This document shows positions 19,183-28,570 of a DNA stretch of 64,000 bases, in pieces. The stretch covers positions 1-64,000 of the IMG/VR virus record IMGVR_UViG_3300046167_000921. One strand, written 5' to 3'. The number at the start of each line of letters is the position of its first letter. The first letter of the stretch is position 1. The position numbers and the translations under genes are program-made. Below the pieces are notes generated by a model. The model saw only the letters and a program-made list of their open reading frames with translations, did not search any database and was not told the DNA's origin. Source of the DNA: a virus.

Positions 19183-20191
19183 ATGAAGAAAACAGCAGAG
19201 ATGGCTTTGGCGAACCTTGAAATGAGAACCGCAAAGTTGGAGGGGGCGGAGTACCAAGAATGGGTTGACATGGATTTTAAGACAACGTCCAGAAGCTTCG
19301 AGATCGGTAGCCAAAAAGACCTTAAGGCTACGATACTTCAATTAAACCCATGGTACGACTTTGATCTCTCCCTCTCTGGGAAAGGTATGAAGAGCATCGT
19401 GACATCTCTTTTTAGACCGCTGAAGAGAATTATTGAAGTCCTTGAAAAAAGCGGTATGTCGTTTAAAGTTGTCTTCAAAATTCGTCCGACTCTTATCAAG
19501 AAGTCAGGTTCTGAAGAGGTCACCCTGACTTTTGAGAATTTCTTTTTACGTATTTATTCTTCCCCCTTCAAGGTGTGGAAAGACCCTAATGATGTAGAAG
19601 CGAATTTTGACTATAAGGCAAGAAGGTTTTATGCGACCGCACCGCCTAGCCTCAATCACTCCTTAGAGTGGTTAAATAAAAAGCAGGATTGGAAGATAAC
19701 GTACAATCCTATTCGCGGAACTCTCAGATCAAACATACCCTTGCTCCTCAAAGCAAGCTTTGCGAAGGCTCTCTCTAAGCACTTGAAAGACTACCAAGAG
19801 AACCGTAAACTTATCTCGAAGGCGATCCACGAAGAAATAGCTTCTTGGTCAGAGGATTTCGTTAAGAACTATGGTGTCAAGAACTTCGGGGGTCTCGTTG
19901 AAGACTACGCAGAATCCACTTATCGCCAACAAGGAGAAGATGAGGCTTGGGCCGAATACGGTGGTCGAGAATCGGCAGAAGGGGCTGTGTGGGAAAAATG
20001 TCGTGCTTGCAGATAAAAAAGTTAGCGGGCTGGAAGAAGACCCTAAGCGACCTGTGTTCTTATTCCTTATTGACTTCGACGACACTAAAAACACTGCGGC
20101 TCTAGTGAGATGGGACTTCACATCGCTGATCTCGCGTGATGCCAAATGGGGCACGTTGGAGAAGATGAGAAGCCTTTACAACAAAAGCTAA
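19183..20191 (+). CDS. Leader-tagged hypothetical protein, probably one gene split by a 1-nt indel at A5 19994-19998
   Basis: LANLEMRTAKLEG leader; removing one A joins ...AVWE to NVVLADKKVSG...LYNKS of ORF 19871..20191. Confidence 0.6.
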
Positions 20192-21177
20192 AGTTGCTCT
20201 TCGAGATTTTCCATATCTTCTGGAGTGAAGTCTTTGAGGCTCTTGAAATCACCCATAGCATCTTCGATGAAAACGTCTTTGCGTGGAATGTGATCATCTA
20301 GATTAACATCATCGACAAAAAGGTCTGTCTCTCTCTTGAGGCTTTTTTTGAAGACCTGCCATGCCTTCCCTTCTTTTACAAAAGCCTCTGTAGGTCTGTA
20401 GTAAAACAACCCTACTAAAGCTAGACCTATTTGAATCTTAGATGTAAGGATGAAGCCAAAGAACTTCACTGATTCATAGGTCAGAAGACCAACTATAAAA
20501 GTTGAGACGAAGGCGGAGATCTCTCTGTCACTATCGTCTTTTTTCAACTCGTTCTTTATTTTCTTTACGGCTCGGATAGGGTTCGAGATGTCGAAGAGGG
20601 ACTTCGCAAACTCTGTCATCGTCCGCGTGCCTATGTCTTTCTTAACTAACATTAGAGCTTTCTGCTTCAGTTGTGATGAAGAACCACCCTCAAAGCCCAA
20701 CAGATATTCTTCATAAAAAGGCTCAGTACTATAACCCGACCCAGATACTTGGGTTACAATTTTTCTAAACTTCCTGCTTTTGCTTTTCTTGACCAGCTCA
20801 CCTATGACCATAGAAGGTGTCCTTTCCTCAAATCCCGCCTCGCTATCTTCGACTCCCAACCTCCAAGAATCATACATCCCCTCTAGAACACGCTGATACG
20901 CCACTTTCCTGAATAAAACAGTGAGGTGCGATATTACAGGGGTAGATATAAAGATGGCTCTGGTGATCTTGTGGAAAGCCTTGGTGATGAGGTTCTTGAA
21001 GTTCCTGACTTTCGCGAGACCTGTTTGAACAAGGTTCACGATGAAGTTCTTCACTTGTGTGATCGACCTAGCCTTCCTTAGTTGAAAAGAAGCAGTCCTA
21101 TATAGAGACTCTCTATTCGAAGCGAGCCTTATATTTCGTTCTTGAAACTGAGAGGGATCCGCGAGAAAGTTAAGCAT
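20188..21177 (-). CDS. Lys-rich protein with hydrophobic C-terminal segments (paralogue of 21170..22228)
   Basis: Shared VAYQR...MYDSW.LGVED, PFYEEYL.G, DIGTRTM, VGLFYY..TEA motifs. Confidence 0.8.
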   Translation of the reverse strand: MLNFLADPSQFQERNIRLASNRESLYRTASFQLRKARSITQVKNFIVNLVQTGLAKVRNFKNLITKAFHKITRAIFISTPVISHLTVLFRKVAYQRVLEGMYDSWRLGVEDSEAGFEERTPSMVIGELVKKSKSRKFRKIVTQVSGSGYSTEPFYEEYLLGFEGGSSSQLKQKALMLVKKDIGTRTMTEFAKSLFDISNPIRAVKKIKNELKKDDSDREISAFVSTFIVGLLTYESVKFFGFILTSKIQIGLALVGLFYYRPTEAFVKEGKAWQVFKKSLKRETDLFVDDVNLDDHIPRKDVFIEDAMGDFKSLKDFTPEDMENLEEQL

Positions 21178-22228
21178 CTGTCTTTTCCTTTATAGATTTT
21201 AGGTCTTCCTTTGTAGGGTTGTCGATCCCTCCTATACTGTTGCGTATGAATACGTCTCTTACAGGTATCTTCTTATCTAAGATGTCAAAGTAATCATCCT
21301 TTAATTTCTTCTTCTTGAAGACCTTAGAGAGCTTCCGATAGACTTGCCTAGATAGCTCACCTTTTTGGAAGACCGCTTCTGTACCGCTGTAGTAGAACAG
21401 ACCCACGACACCTAGAGGTATCATTGAATAAAAAGCAAACACACCGTAGCCCATTATATGCAGAGCCACCCAAGTAACGCACTGAACAAGAAACTTAGCT
21501 AAAAAAGTGTTTGTTACCTGACTACTCTTGTAATTTTTCACCCTTCCCGAACCTCCTCCGTGTATTAGGTCTCTTCCTGTATATGCTTCTTTCCCCATAG
21601 CGTCTCTCATGAATTGAAGGGCTGTATTGCCGATATTCAGACTATCAAAGGCCACTTTCGCCATCTCTGACATTGTTCGAGTACCTATGTCTCTGTAAAC
21701 AACCTTCTTCGCCCTTGCTGTGAGCTGGGATTCGTCTTCACCATTGTGTCCCATCAGATATTCCTCGTAAAAGGGATCTTTCATGTAGAAAGATCCGACC
21801 CCCTTAGAGTAGGCATTTCTAAACTTCTTCTTTTTTACCTTGCTCATGAGATACTTCCCCACTCCTTTTGGAGTTCGCTTCAAGTTCACCGACTTGTCTT
21901 CGACACCTAACAGCCATGAGTCGTACATAGCTCCTAGAAGTCTCTGATAAGCAACATTACGGAAGACAGAGGTCAAAGACTTCATAACAACATTAGAAAA
22001 CAAAATCATTCTCGTGAATGAGTGTAAGGCATTTGCTGCTTTAGTCAGCATACCTTTCACCGCCATCAAACCTGATTGTATTGCGTTGAAGATCCAATTG
22101 CCCATCTCAGAAATGCGACCCGCCTTTTTGACTTGGATCAGGGCGATCTTACACAAAGTCCTTTTGTCAGCAGAAGCTAGTCTTATCTGCATCGCAAAGT
22201 TGTCGGGGTGGTCTAGGAAGTCTATCAT
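21170..22228 (-). CDS. Lys-rich protein with hydrophobic C-terminal segments (paralogue of 20188..21177)
   Basis: Same motifs; N-term IRLASAD...VKKAG. Confidence 0.8.
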   Translation of the reverse strand: MIDFLDHPDNFAMQIRLASADKRTLCKIALIQVKKAGRISEMGNWIFNAIQSGLMAVKGMLTKAANALHSFTRMILFSNVVMKSLTSVFRNVAYQRLLGAMYDSWLLGVEDKSVNLKRTPKGVGKYLMSKVKKKKFRNAYSKGVGSFYMKDPFYEEYLMGHNGEDESQLTARAKKVVYRDIGTRTMSEMAKVAFDSLNIGNTALQFMRDAMGKEAYTGRDLIHGGGSGRVKNYKSSQVTNTFLAKFLVQCVTWVALHIMGYGVFAFYSMIPLGVVGLFYYSGTEAVFQKGELSRQVYRKLSKVFKKKKLKDDYFDILDKKIPVRDVFIRNSIGGIDNPTKEDLKSIKEKTDA

Positions 22229-22274
22229 TTTTCGGTCTCCTTCATGCTTTCTCTAGGGTTGCCTATAAACAAAC

Positions 22275-22313
22275 AAAAAAGCCCTGCCTCCCAATAATGG
22301 GGAAGCAGGGCTT
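22275..22313 (-). terminator. Minus-strand copy of the terminator/promoter element
   Basis: Reverse complement reads AGCCCTGCTTCCCC-attatt-GGGAGGCAGGGCT-TTTTTGTTTGTTTATAGG. Confidence 0.85.
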
Positions 22314-22343
22314 TAGGCTCTTTGGAGAGTGGTTCTTATCTGT

Positions 22344-22685
22344 TTAGCGAATACTGAGAGCTTTTGAGATCATCTTGATCTGTGCTCTATCTAACTCAAC
22401 ACCCTTAAGGTGTAGAGTTACTCTTTCTTCAGCATAAGCCATCATCACCTCTTCGAATGCTGAAGTCGCGATGGAAAGTTTGTCCCCTCTGTATGAAAAT
22501 CTTTCCCAAGACCATCCGTAAAATATACGGTTGCTCTCTAGCTCTTCTAACAATTCTTCAAAAGAGTAGATGTTCTTAGATAAGATTTCTTCACTCGACG
22601 AGGTCGAGGTCAAATTGTCATTGTCATAGTCAATCGTTTCTTTGATCAGAACAAGATTGGCCATAGGCTTAACTGACATCCTCAT
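22344..22685 (-). CDS. Hypothetical acidic protein
   Basis: 113-aa ORF ending just before the terminator. Confidence 0.65.
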   Translation of the reverse strand: MRMSVKPMANLVLIKETIDYDNDNLTSTSSSEEILSKNIYSFEELLEELESNRIFYGWSWERFSYRGDKLSIATSAFEEVMMAYAEERVTLHLKGVELDRAQIKMISKALSIR

Positions 22686-22742
22686 ATTTTTTCTCGATTC
22701 GGTTTAAGTATTAATAATTAGTGGTAAATAAACCATAGGGGA

Positions 22743-23684
22743 TTAGAACTTGAAGACACAATCTTCAGGGAGCTTATCGTCACGCCATCTCTCTAATACG
22801 GGGTGGCGGATCGCTCCCGTTGGGTACTGCCCATACCCCTTAATCTCAGCAACACGACCTACGAACTTTTCCATTTGATCTCGGGGTCCTGTCTCTCCTA
22901 GTGACCCTACAACGCGGAGGTTCCCTTCCTTGTCGTAGAAGCCATAGTTGAGTCCGACGTAGCCTTTTGTCCAAGGATCTGTGTGTAGACCCTCTGGGTA
23001 GAGCTTGCCGTCTTGACGATAGACCTCGCCTGGTCGAACTCGCCACTCAGAAGGCTTCGCCTCACAGTCCACGATAACAACATCATAGTTGTCGGTGAAC
23101 TTGAGCTTTGCCCAGCTTGATCGGCTGTTCGCCTTGTAGGGTGCTTGAACATCCTTGACCATGATTCCCTCATGACCCCTCTCCAAAGCGATCTGCATGA
23201 GATCCGCTGTGGAGTTCTCTGACATCTGGTAGATCTCTGAGAGGGCGATGTTCTTCATGTCATCTCTGACAACACTGAGAAGAAGGTTTCTTCGCTCTGA
23301 CCAAGCTCGGTCTCCAACGTACTTGCCGTCGAAGTAGAGGATGTCAAAGGCGGAGAAGACCAGAGACTCAGGAGACTCTGCTCGAAGATTAGACACGCGG
23401 TCAGAGCCTTCAGCTCCTTCGCGAGGGATAATCTCACCATCAAGAAGGTAACCTTTTGGCAACTCTGCCTGTGCGTGGCTGAGGCAACCGATGTCTTTTC
23501 CGATACGTGACCAAGCCACGTTATTTCCTAAGAGGCATCGGTGTCCGTCCAACTTCATCTCTGCGATGTAGCGATCATTACCCTCGACCTTTTTGATCAG
23601 CTTCTCTTTTGCGGTCTTCGCGAGCTGGGGGCGAAGGAATTTGAACACTCCGCAGGGTGAGTTTACGTTAATCTCTTTTGGCAT
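22743..23684 (-). CDS. ATP-dependent DNA ligase
   Basis: Motif I EMKLDGHR, III LLDGEII, IIIa FSAFDILY, IV EGIMVKD, V WAKLK; OB-fold tail IRHPVLERWRDDK. Confidence 0.93.
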   Translation of the reverse strand: MPKEINVNSPCGVFKFLRPQLAKTAKEKLIKKVEGNDRYIAEMKLDGHRCLLGNNVAWSRIGKDIGCLSHAQAELPKGYLLDGEIIPREGAEGSDRVSNLRAESPESLVFSAFDILYFDGKYVGDRAWSERRNLLLSVVRDDMKNIALSEIYQMSENSTADLMQIALERGHEGIMVKDVQAPYKANSRSSWAKLKFTDNYDVVIVDCEAKPSEWRVRPGEVYRQDGKLYPEGLHTDPWTKGYVGLNYGFYDKEGNLRVVGSLGETGPRDQMEKFVGRVAEIKGYGQYPTGAIRHPVLERWRDDKLPEDCVFKF

Positions 23685-23743
23685 CTCTGTCTCCTAAATG
23701 TCTGTTATTACTTATATTTAGTATTATCAATAGTGGGGAGGGG

Positions 23744-24016
23744 CTATGTTTTTGGCTTACTCATTTTTCTTCTGTCTCTTGAGTCACTGCCTACTTCCCA
23801 TATCTCATATGAAACTTGCTCCGAATCGTCTCTGAAGAACTTTGATAAACCATCGCGGCTGAGACTTCCCTCAAACTTGTTAGAAGCTAGTGCTTCCTTT
23901 GCCTCTGAGACAGTGTCGAAATAGTAGTATCTGGGGTGTTTGTAGCCTGTCTCAGCCTGAAAAGTTTCCGTTGTTCTGTCTTTGAGCTGAGTCTTTACAG
24001 TGTGTATTGTGTACAT
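23744..24016 (-). CDS. Hypothetical protein
   Basis: AAGGA SD; co-oriented with neighbours. Confidence 0.65.
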   Translation of the reverse strand: MYTIHTVKTQLKDRTTETFQAETGYKHPRYYYFDTVSEAKEALASNKFEGSLSRDGLSKFFRDDSEQVSYEIWEVGSDSRDRRKMSKPKT

Positions 24017-24035
24017 TCCTTTTCCCTTTTTGGTT

Positions 24036-24380
24036 TCAAAATCGGAGGTTGGGGTGCTGAACTTTCCACTTTTTTGCCCAACTCTCGATCACTTTCAGCT
24101 TAGGGGCATTCTTCAGCACAGCTTTGTAGACCATCCCGTCTTTACGACGGACGAAGCCGATCTGAACCTTCACGCCTTCACGCCTGAGAAGCTCAACGAG
24201 GTACAGAGACGCATCGTGGACTTTTGGGTTATTGTGGATGTTGATTACTTCTTTCAGCTCTTTTGGAGAGACCTTAGAATGAAGCACTTGTAAAGTAAGT
24301 TGCTCAAGGGTGTGAGCCTCGATTACAAATTCACCACCACGGTAGTAATATGAGGTCATTTCAGTTTTTACAGTTTTCAT
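24036..24380 (-). CDS. Hypothetical protein
   Basis: AAAGGA SD. Confidence 0.65.
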   Translation of the reverse strand: MKTVKTEMTSYYYRGGEFVIEAHTLEQLTLQVLHSKVSPKELKEVINIHNNPKVHDASLYLVELLRREGVKVQIGFVRRKDGMVYKAVLKNAPKLKVIESWAKKWKVQHPNLRF

Positions 24381-24429
24381 TGTATATCCTTTCTAGGTAT
24401 TACTCTTATCAAACACAAGAGAGGTCGCT

Positions 24430-24795
24430 ATGAGAGAGATAGACATTTTTATAGAAAACTTCATAAACATACTAGGTCATGAAGTCTGGACACAGGTGAT
24501 CAAGGAACAGGTCAAGGGGGAGGGTGTCCTCTATTCTGTGATAGTTAGACCTTTTTATGGGAGTGCTACAAAGTGGTTTGGAGGCAAGGAAGGATATGTC
24601 TCTACACCTGAGTTCAAAAAGATCACACGCCGCGTCTCCTCCGCTTTTAAGAAGTCGGCTAAAATGAGATCTCGAGTGAAACTTGACCCAGAGGGCTTCT
24701 TGCTAAAGCCATCCTCTAAGAGATTTAAAGGTAAGAGTTACTACCCTATGGGTTCTGCTTATCTGCATATGGTCTTTGTGTCCACGCAGACCTGA
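24430..24795 (+). CDS. Hypothetical basic protein
   Basis: GAGG SD. Confidence 0.6.
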   Translation: MREIDIFIENFINILGHEVWTQVIKEQVKGEGVLYSVIVRPFYGSATKWFGGKEGYVSTPEFKKITRRVSSAFKKSAKMRSRVKLDPEGFLLKPSSKRFKGKSYYPMGSAYLHMVFVSTQT

Positions 24796-25093
24796 TATGG
24801 TGGAATATGTCCAAGATGTCCTCCCACTTCTGTGAGTCTCTGTGGAAGTCTTGTATATACCACTCCCCTGTAAGGTCACATACGTCATTGTGGTTATCAA
24901 AGAGTGGTTCATCTATATAAATCTTAAAGCCGTAAGCCTCTGCGAGGTAAGTTCCCCCAGAGTCTTTGGACTGACGAATGTGAAAGCCACATTCTTCAAG
25001 ACCTTTGCAGACAGCTTGGAACAGGTCTAGTCCTTCTAGAGGGTAGATCTCTTTAGCCCATACTCTGTGTCCGTTTGATATCTTCGTGTACAT
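24746..25093 (-). CDS. Hypothetical protein
   Basis: AAAGGA SD. Confidence 0.6.
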   Translation of the reverse strand: MYTKISNGHRVWAKEIYPLEGLDLFQAVCKGLEECGFHIRQSKDSGGTYLAEAYGFKIYIDEPLFDNHNDVCDLTGEWYIQDFHRDSQKWEDILDIFHHIRSAWTQRPYADKQNP

Positions 25094-25145
25094 GATAGAT
25101 CCTTTATAGTTGCCCTACCCTTAATATACAAAAGGAGAGCAAGCC

Positions 25146-25202
25146 ATGAGAAAACATCGCTTGAAGAGAGCACAGATACAGAGGAAGCTTCTATCTACTT
25201 AG
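25146..25202 (+). CDS. Possible 18-aa basic microprotein MRKHRLKRAQIQRKLLST
   Basis: AAAAGGAG SD 7 nt before the ATG; not in the ORF track. Confidence 0.3.
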   Translation: MRKHRLKRAQIQRKLLST

Positions 25203-25656
25203 AGTGAGAGTCTGCTATAGCACTCGCACACCATGAGTCTGGCTTAACCTTTACCTCTTGAAACCCACACCCTCTGACCATAGACACTAGAGTGTTTGCG
25301 TATTGGGAGGTTCTCGCCCTTGAGTTCTCGGGGCTAACATCTATGTGTATCTCGATGTTAGCTTCTTCAACTTCTCTCTGGATGTCTTGAGCCAGCTCTA
25401 AGGACATTTGGGTCTCACAATAGACCCTGTTGAACAAGTCATAAGAGGTGATTGGAGGGTGCTTGACATAGAAGTACCTACAATCATAGTCCTTGTTTGA
25501 TGACGTGACCGCGATAGCAGAGACGAAAAGGGTACCGTCCCTGTGAGGCTGACTGTCTGTGCCTATAAAGATGGTTGACTGATACTTGGAAGCGTTCTTG
25601 ATGAACAGGATAATGTCTGAAAAGTTGACACTAACCCTCCTACCTGTTTGCCACAT
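25195..25656 (-). CDS. RNase H-like YkuK/DUF458 family protein
   Basis: IFIGTDSQ, EIHIDV, KPDSWCASAIADSH acidic catalytic pattern. Confidence 0.85.
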   Translation of the reverse strand: MWQTGRRVSVNFSDIILFIKNASKYQSTIFIGTDSQPHRDGTLFVSAIAVTSSNKDYDCRYFYVKHPPITSYDLFNRVYCETQMSLELAQDIQREVEEANIEIHIDVSPENSRARTSQYANTLVSMVRGCGFQEVKVKPDSWCASAIADSHSK

Positions 25657-25747
25657 TCGACCCTCTCTTTCTTGTTCTTCATTATACAGGACCTCCTCTT
25701 TTTTTGATAATAGCAGTATATGAAAGAAGAAAGAACAGGAGATAGGA

Positions 25748-26050
25748 ATGCCAGATTTAACACCTTTTACAGTAGCTTACTGCCCATCTGCTAAGACCCC
25801 CGTACAGATCGAGGGGTCTAAGGGCAACGTGTACAACGTCTTCAAAGGACGAACCGCACACTATGACTTTGATTGGATTTGTCAGTGTGCTGGTCGGAAG
25901 TACCGACCTCATGTGGACTGCAAGCATATCCACCTTGTGAAGAGGGATACCTGTGAGTGGAATGAGTCCACCAGCCCTGAGCCTTACGAGGGAGATGGAA
26001 AGTGTCCTTGCTGTGGCGAGTCTGTTGACTTCATCACAATGTGGGGTTGA
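25748..26050 (+). CDS. SWIM-type zinc finger protein with extra Zn ribbon
   Basis: WICQCAG...DCKHI; CEW...CPCCG. Confidence 0.8.
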   Translation: MPDLTPFTVAYCPSAKTPVQIEGSKGNVYNVFKGRTAHYDFDWICQCAGRKYRPHVDCKHIHLVKRDTCEWNESTSPEPYEGDGKCPCCGESVDFITMWG

Positions 26051-26054
26051 TGCT

Positions 26055-26435
26055 ATGGCTACATTTTACAGGAACTGTGATCACCGAGGCAGGTGGAGGG
26101 GAGACCCTCTTGACTTTCTTTTGATCAAGATCGAAAGCCGACAACATACCAAAAGAGAAATCGTCTCCCTATTGGAAAGCATTGGGTTCAAGCTCTATTG
26201 GATCAAAAAGTCTAGGGGCAGGCAGGGAGATATCATCTGGACAGCCAAGACCAAGAATGACATTTACGGTAAAGGAATCCTCGACGGAGGGGAGTTAATT
26301 ACCGCTCGTTTGAATTGGATAACCTATGACGCAGACATGGTCTCGTTTTGGCATAGGACAAATCTTGATCTACGAAAACGCCTATTCTACTCCATTAACT
26401 TAGAAGGAAACACTCTAGAGCCGTACACCTACTAA
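26055..26435 (+). CDS. Hypothetical protein (start uncertain)
   Basis: 3' part of ORF 25953..26435. Confidence 0.55.
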   Translation: MATFYRNCDHRGRWRGDPLDFLLIKIESRQHTKREIVSLLESIGFKLYWIKKSRGRQGDIIWTAKTKNDIYGKGILDGGELITARLNWITYDADMVSFWHRTNLDLRKRLFYSINLEGNTLEPYTY

Positions 26436-26441
26436 GGTACT

Positions 26442-26466
26442 ACCACCCTTCGGGGTGGTTTTTTTT
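26442..26466 (+). terminator. Rho-independent terminator with UUCG tetraloop
   Basis: ACCACCC-TTCG-GGGTGGT followed by a T tract. Confidence 0.9.
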
Positions 26467-26512
26467 GTTCTTTTATTGCCTCCTTACACCAGACTAAGAA
26501 GGAGGTCTAAGC

Positions 26513-27112
26513 ATGAGACAACTAACAGCATCACAGAAAATCGCTCAACTTGAACACCGTATCGCTCATCTTGAGAAGCAGGCCTTAATTGGTATTTTCA
26601 AGAGCAATATGAGACGAGCTAAAGAGATTCACAAGGCGATACATCAAGACATTAGCAAAGGGTACGAGCAATGGCTAATAGACCAGATACTCCCTTTTCA
26701 GATTTCTAGACAATTGGGCCGAGACTATGAATTCAAATACGAACACGCCCCTGATAACAAATACGAGGGGGCTATCGGCTCTTACCATGATAGCCATGAG
26801 AGGGATGTCAAGTCACTAAGTGCGAACAAGTTTACGGTCGATATGTGGCGGGGTGCGAATATAGATCTTGACCTAACTATCGTCTTTGACGAGAGGAGCC
26901 TCGGCAGCAAGATCAGAGGTAAAGATCCTTCTTTCACCGTCTACATGGATGGGAAGAAAGCATTTCACCTCAAGAATATTAGAGACATCAAAAACGGCTT
27001 GGCTTGGAAGCATACCCTAAAGGCTCTCAAGACGGAGTTTAGAGAGCTGGGGAGAGAGATCGAAGACTACACTAGAGATTTTCTCGAAACACATGAAGAC
27101 GAGCATATCTGA
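26513..27112 (+). CDS. Leader-tagged hypothetical protein
   Basis: MRQLTASQKIAQLEHRIAHLEKQA; first 53 nt identical to gene 31171. Confidence 0.85.
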   Translation: MRQLTASQKIAQLEHRIAHLEKQALIGIFKSNMRRAKEIHKAIHQDISKGYEQWLIDQILPFQISRQLGRDYEFKYEHAPDNKYEGAIGSYHDSHERDVKSLSANKFTVDMWRGANIDLDLTIVFDERSLGSKIRGKDPSFTVYMDGKKAFHLKNIRDIKNGLAWKHTLKALKTEFRELGREIEDYTRDFLETHEDEHI

Positions 27113-27154
27113 AAGAAAATATTAAAACAAGACAACAAGGTTCATTACCCCGCC

Positions 27155-27235
27155 TATAGACTCTAAAGTATTTGCGTATTGGGAGGTCTTCCCTTTAGAG
27201 TTTTCGGAGCTTACGTCTATATGGATTTCGAGATT
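27155..27235 (-). pseudogene. 27-codon relic of a DUF458/YkuK gene at the methyltransferase junction
   Basis: Translates NLEIHIDVSSENSKGKTSQYANTLESI vs NIEIHIDVSPENSRARTSQYANTLVSM (25279-25359); 20/27 identical. Confidence 0.8.
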
Positions 27236-27636
27236 TCTTCGTCCTTAATTAAAATATCTAAAACCGATCTTGCAACGGCCTGAGCAAGGATAGGAGGTAC
27301 TGCGTTACCTACTTGCCCAAATTGAGTCATCGAAACTTTTCTTTTACTACTATATGAATCTAAGCGTGTTCCGACGAACTCCCAATCTAATGGGAATGTT
27401 TGCAAACAGGCCAATTCGCGGACTGTAAGCATTCTATCGTAATTAGGATGAATGAAGTCCCTATAGCCACTTCTAGTAACAGTCGGAGAAGGCTTATTTG
27501 GATCTAATCGTCTATATGTAGACCCAAAAGTTTTCGTAATATCTGAAAGCTTTTTCCCTTGTTCTACAAGTTTAATCTTTTTTATCGTACTAGGAGCATG
27601 AGCGGTTTTCTCGTGGTTTTTAAGTTTAGTGTCCAT
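27217..27636 (-). CDS. C5 cytosine methyltransferase beta subunit (M.AquI-like: TRD plus motifs IX-X)
   Basis: HAPST, STYRRLDPN.PSPTVTRSGYRDFIHP, RMLTVRELACLQTFP, QVGNAVPP; 139 aa. Confidence 0.9.
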   Translation of the reverse strand: MDTKLKNHEKTAHAPSTIKKIKLVEQGKKLSDITKTFGSTYRRLDPNKPSPTVTRSGYRDFIHPNYDRMLTVRELACLQTFPLDWEFVGTRLDSYSSKRKVSMTQFGQVGNAVPPILAQAVARSVLDILIKDEEISKSI

Positions 27637-28396
27637 GTTTTTTAATCCTATCTTTGATAGTTTTAGAAATCTTTAATGCATTTTCAGAAGGGGGGCTAGC
27701 GTCGGACAGTGAGCCAATCGCATCTCCGACTGTCGTGTAGGGCAAAAGGGTACTTTCTGAAAATGCATTAAACAAGGTTATCTGCCCCCTCGCGACTAAT
27801 TCAGACGATTCTGTAATGCCGTGAGTAGCCTTTGGGAACTCAAATACCTGATTTATTCTATTACCGACAATAAAGAATCTCTCTCTGAACTGCGGGGCCC
27901 CAAAATGTGCGGAATTTAAAACTTGAAAACTTAGCTCATAACTATATTCAATATCATCATATAAGATTGGCTCGCTCATCCCACTTACTATTGCATCCTT
28001 TGCTCTACCTTTTGACCAATTTACCATCCCTTTTACATTTTCCATTACAAATACCTTTGGCAAAGCTTCTCTAACCACTCGAATATACTCTAGTAAAAGA
28101 AGCCCCCTTGGGTCATCCATCCCCATCCGATCCCCTGCTAAGCTAAAGCTTTGGCAAGGAGGCCCGCCTATAACTACGTCTATGTCTAGAGGCTTTACTC
28201 CTGCCGTCCGTAAAATTTCTTCAGTCGTGATCCCTGAAATATCACCTTCTATAACAGGTACATTTGGCATATTCAGTCTTAGCGTCTCACAACAAGAGTG
28301 ATCTTGTTCTACTGCAACAAGAGTCTGAAAGCCTGCTGCATGAAATCCGATATCCATCCCTCCCGCCCCCGAAAATAAACTAATTAAAGTTTTCAA
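27626..28396 (-). CDS. C5 cytosine methyltransferase alpha subunit (M.AquI-like: motifs I-VIII)
   Basis: SLFSGAGGMD, GGPPCQSFS, MENVKG, PQFRERFFIVG; TTG start with GGGGG SD and TATAAT boxes upstream. Confidence 0.9.
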   Translation of the reverse strand: MKTLISLFSGAGGMDIGFHAAGFQTLVAVEQDHSCCETLRLNMPNVPVIEGDISGITTEEILRTAGVKPLDIDVVIGGPPCQSFSLAGDRMGMDDPRGLLLLEYIRVVREALPKVFVMENVKGMVNWSKGRAKDAIVSGMSEPILYDDIEYSYELSFQVLNSAHFGAPQFRERFFIVGNRINQVFEFPKATHGITESSELVARGQITLFNAFSESTLLPYTTVGDAIGSLSDASPPSENALKISKTIKDRIKKHGH

Positions 28397-28570
28397 GCGT
28401 TCCCCCTTGTCTTCTATTATATACAGTACGGTATAGAGATATTATACCCGAGACTCAAGTGGCTTTAGCTCTTATCAGATGGAAAGAATCTACGATAAGC
28501 TAGGGTATCGTTACTAAATTCTTTATCACCCCCCCTCTGAAGCTACAAACACAGCTAAGGAGGAGTAAAG

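Noticed and set aside
19871-20191. Independent gene
   Set aside because: No SD; better explained as the frameshifted 3' end of 19183
27620-27640. Methyltransferase split as a frameshift or pseudogene
   Set aside because: The second ORF has its own ATG overlapping the first stop, and the split matches the natural M.AquI alpha/beta boundary
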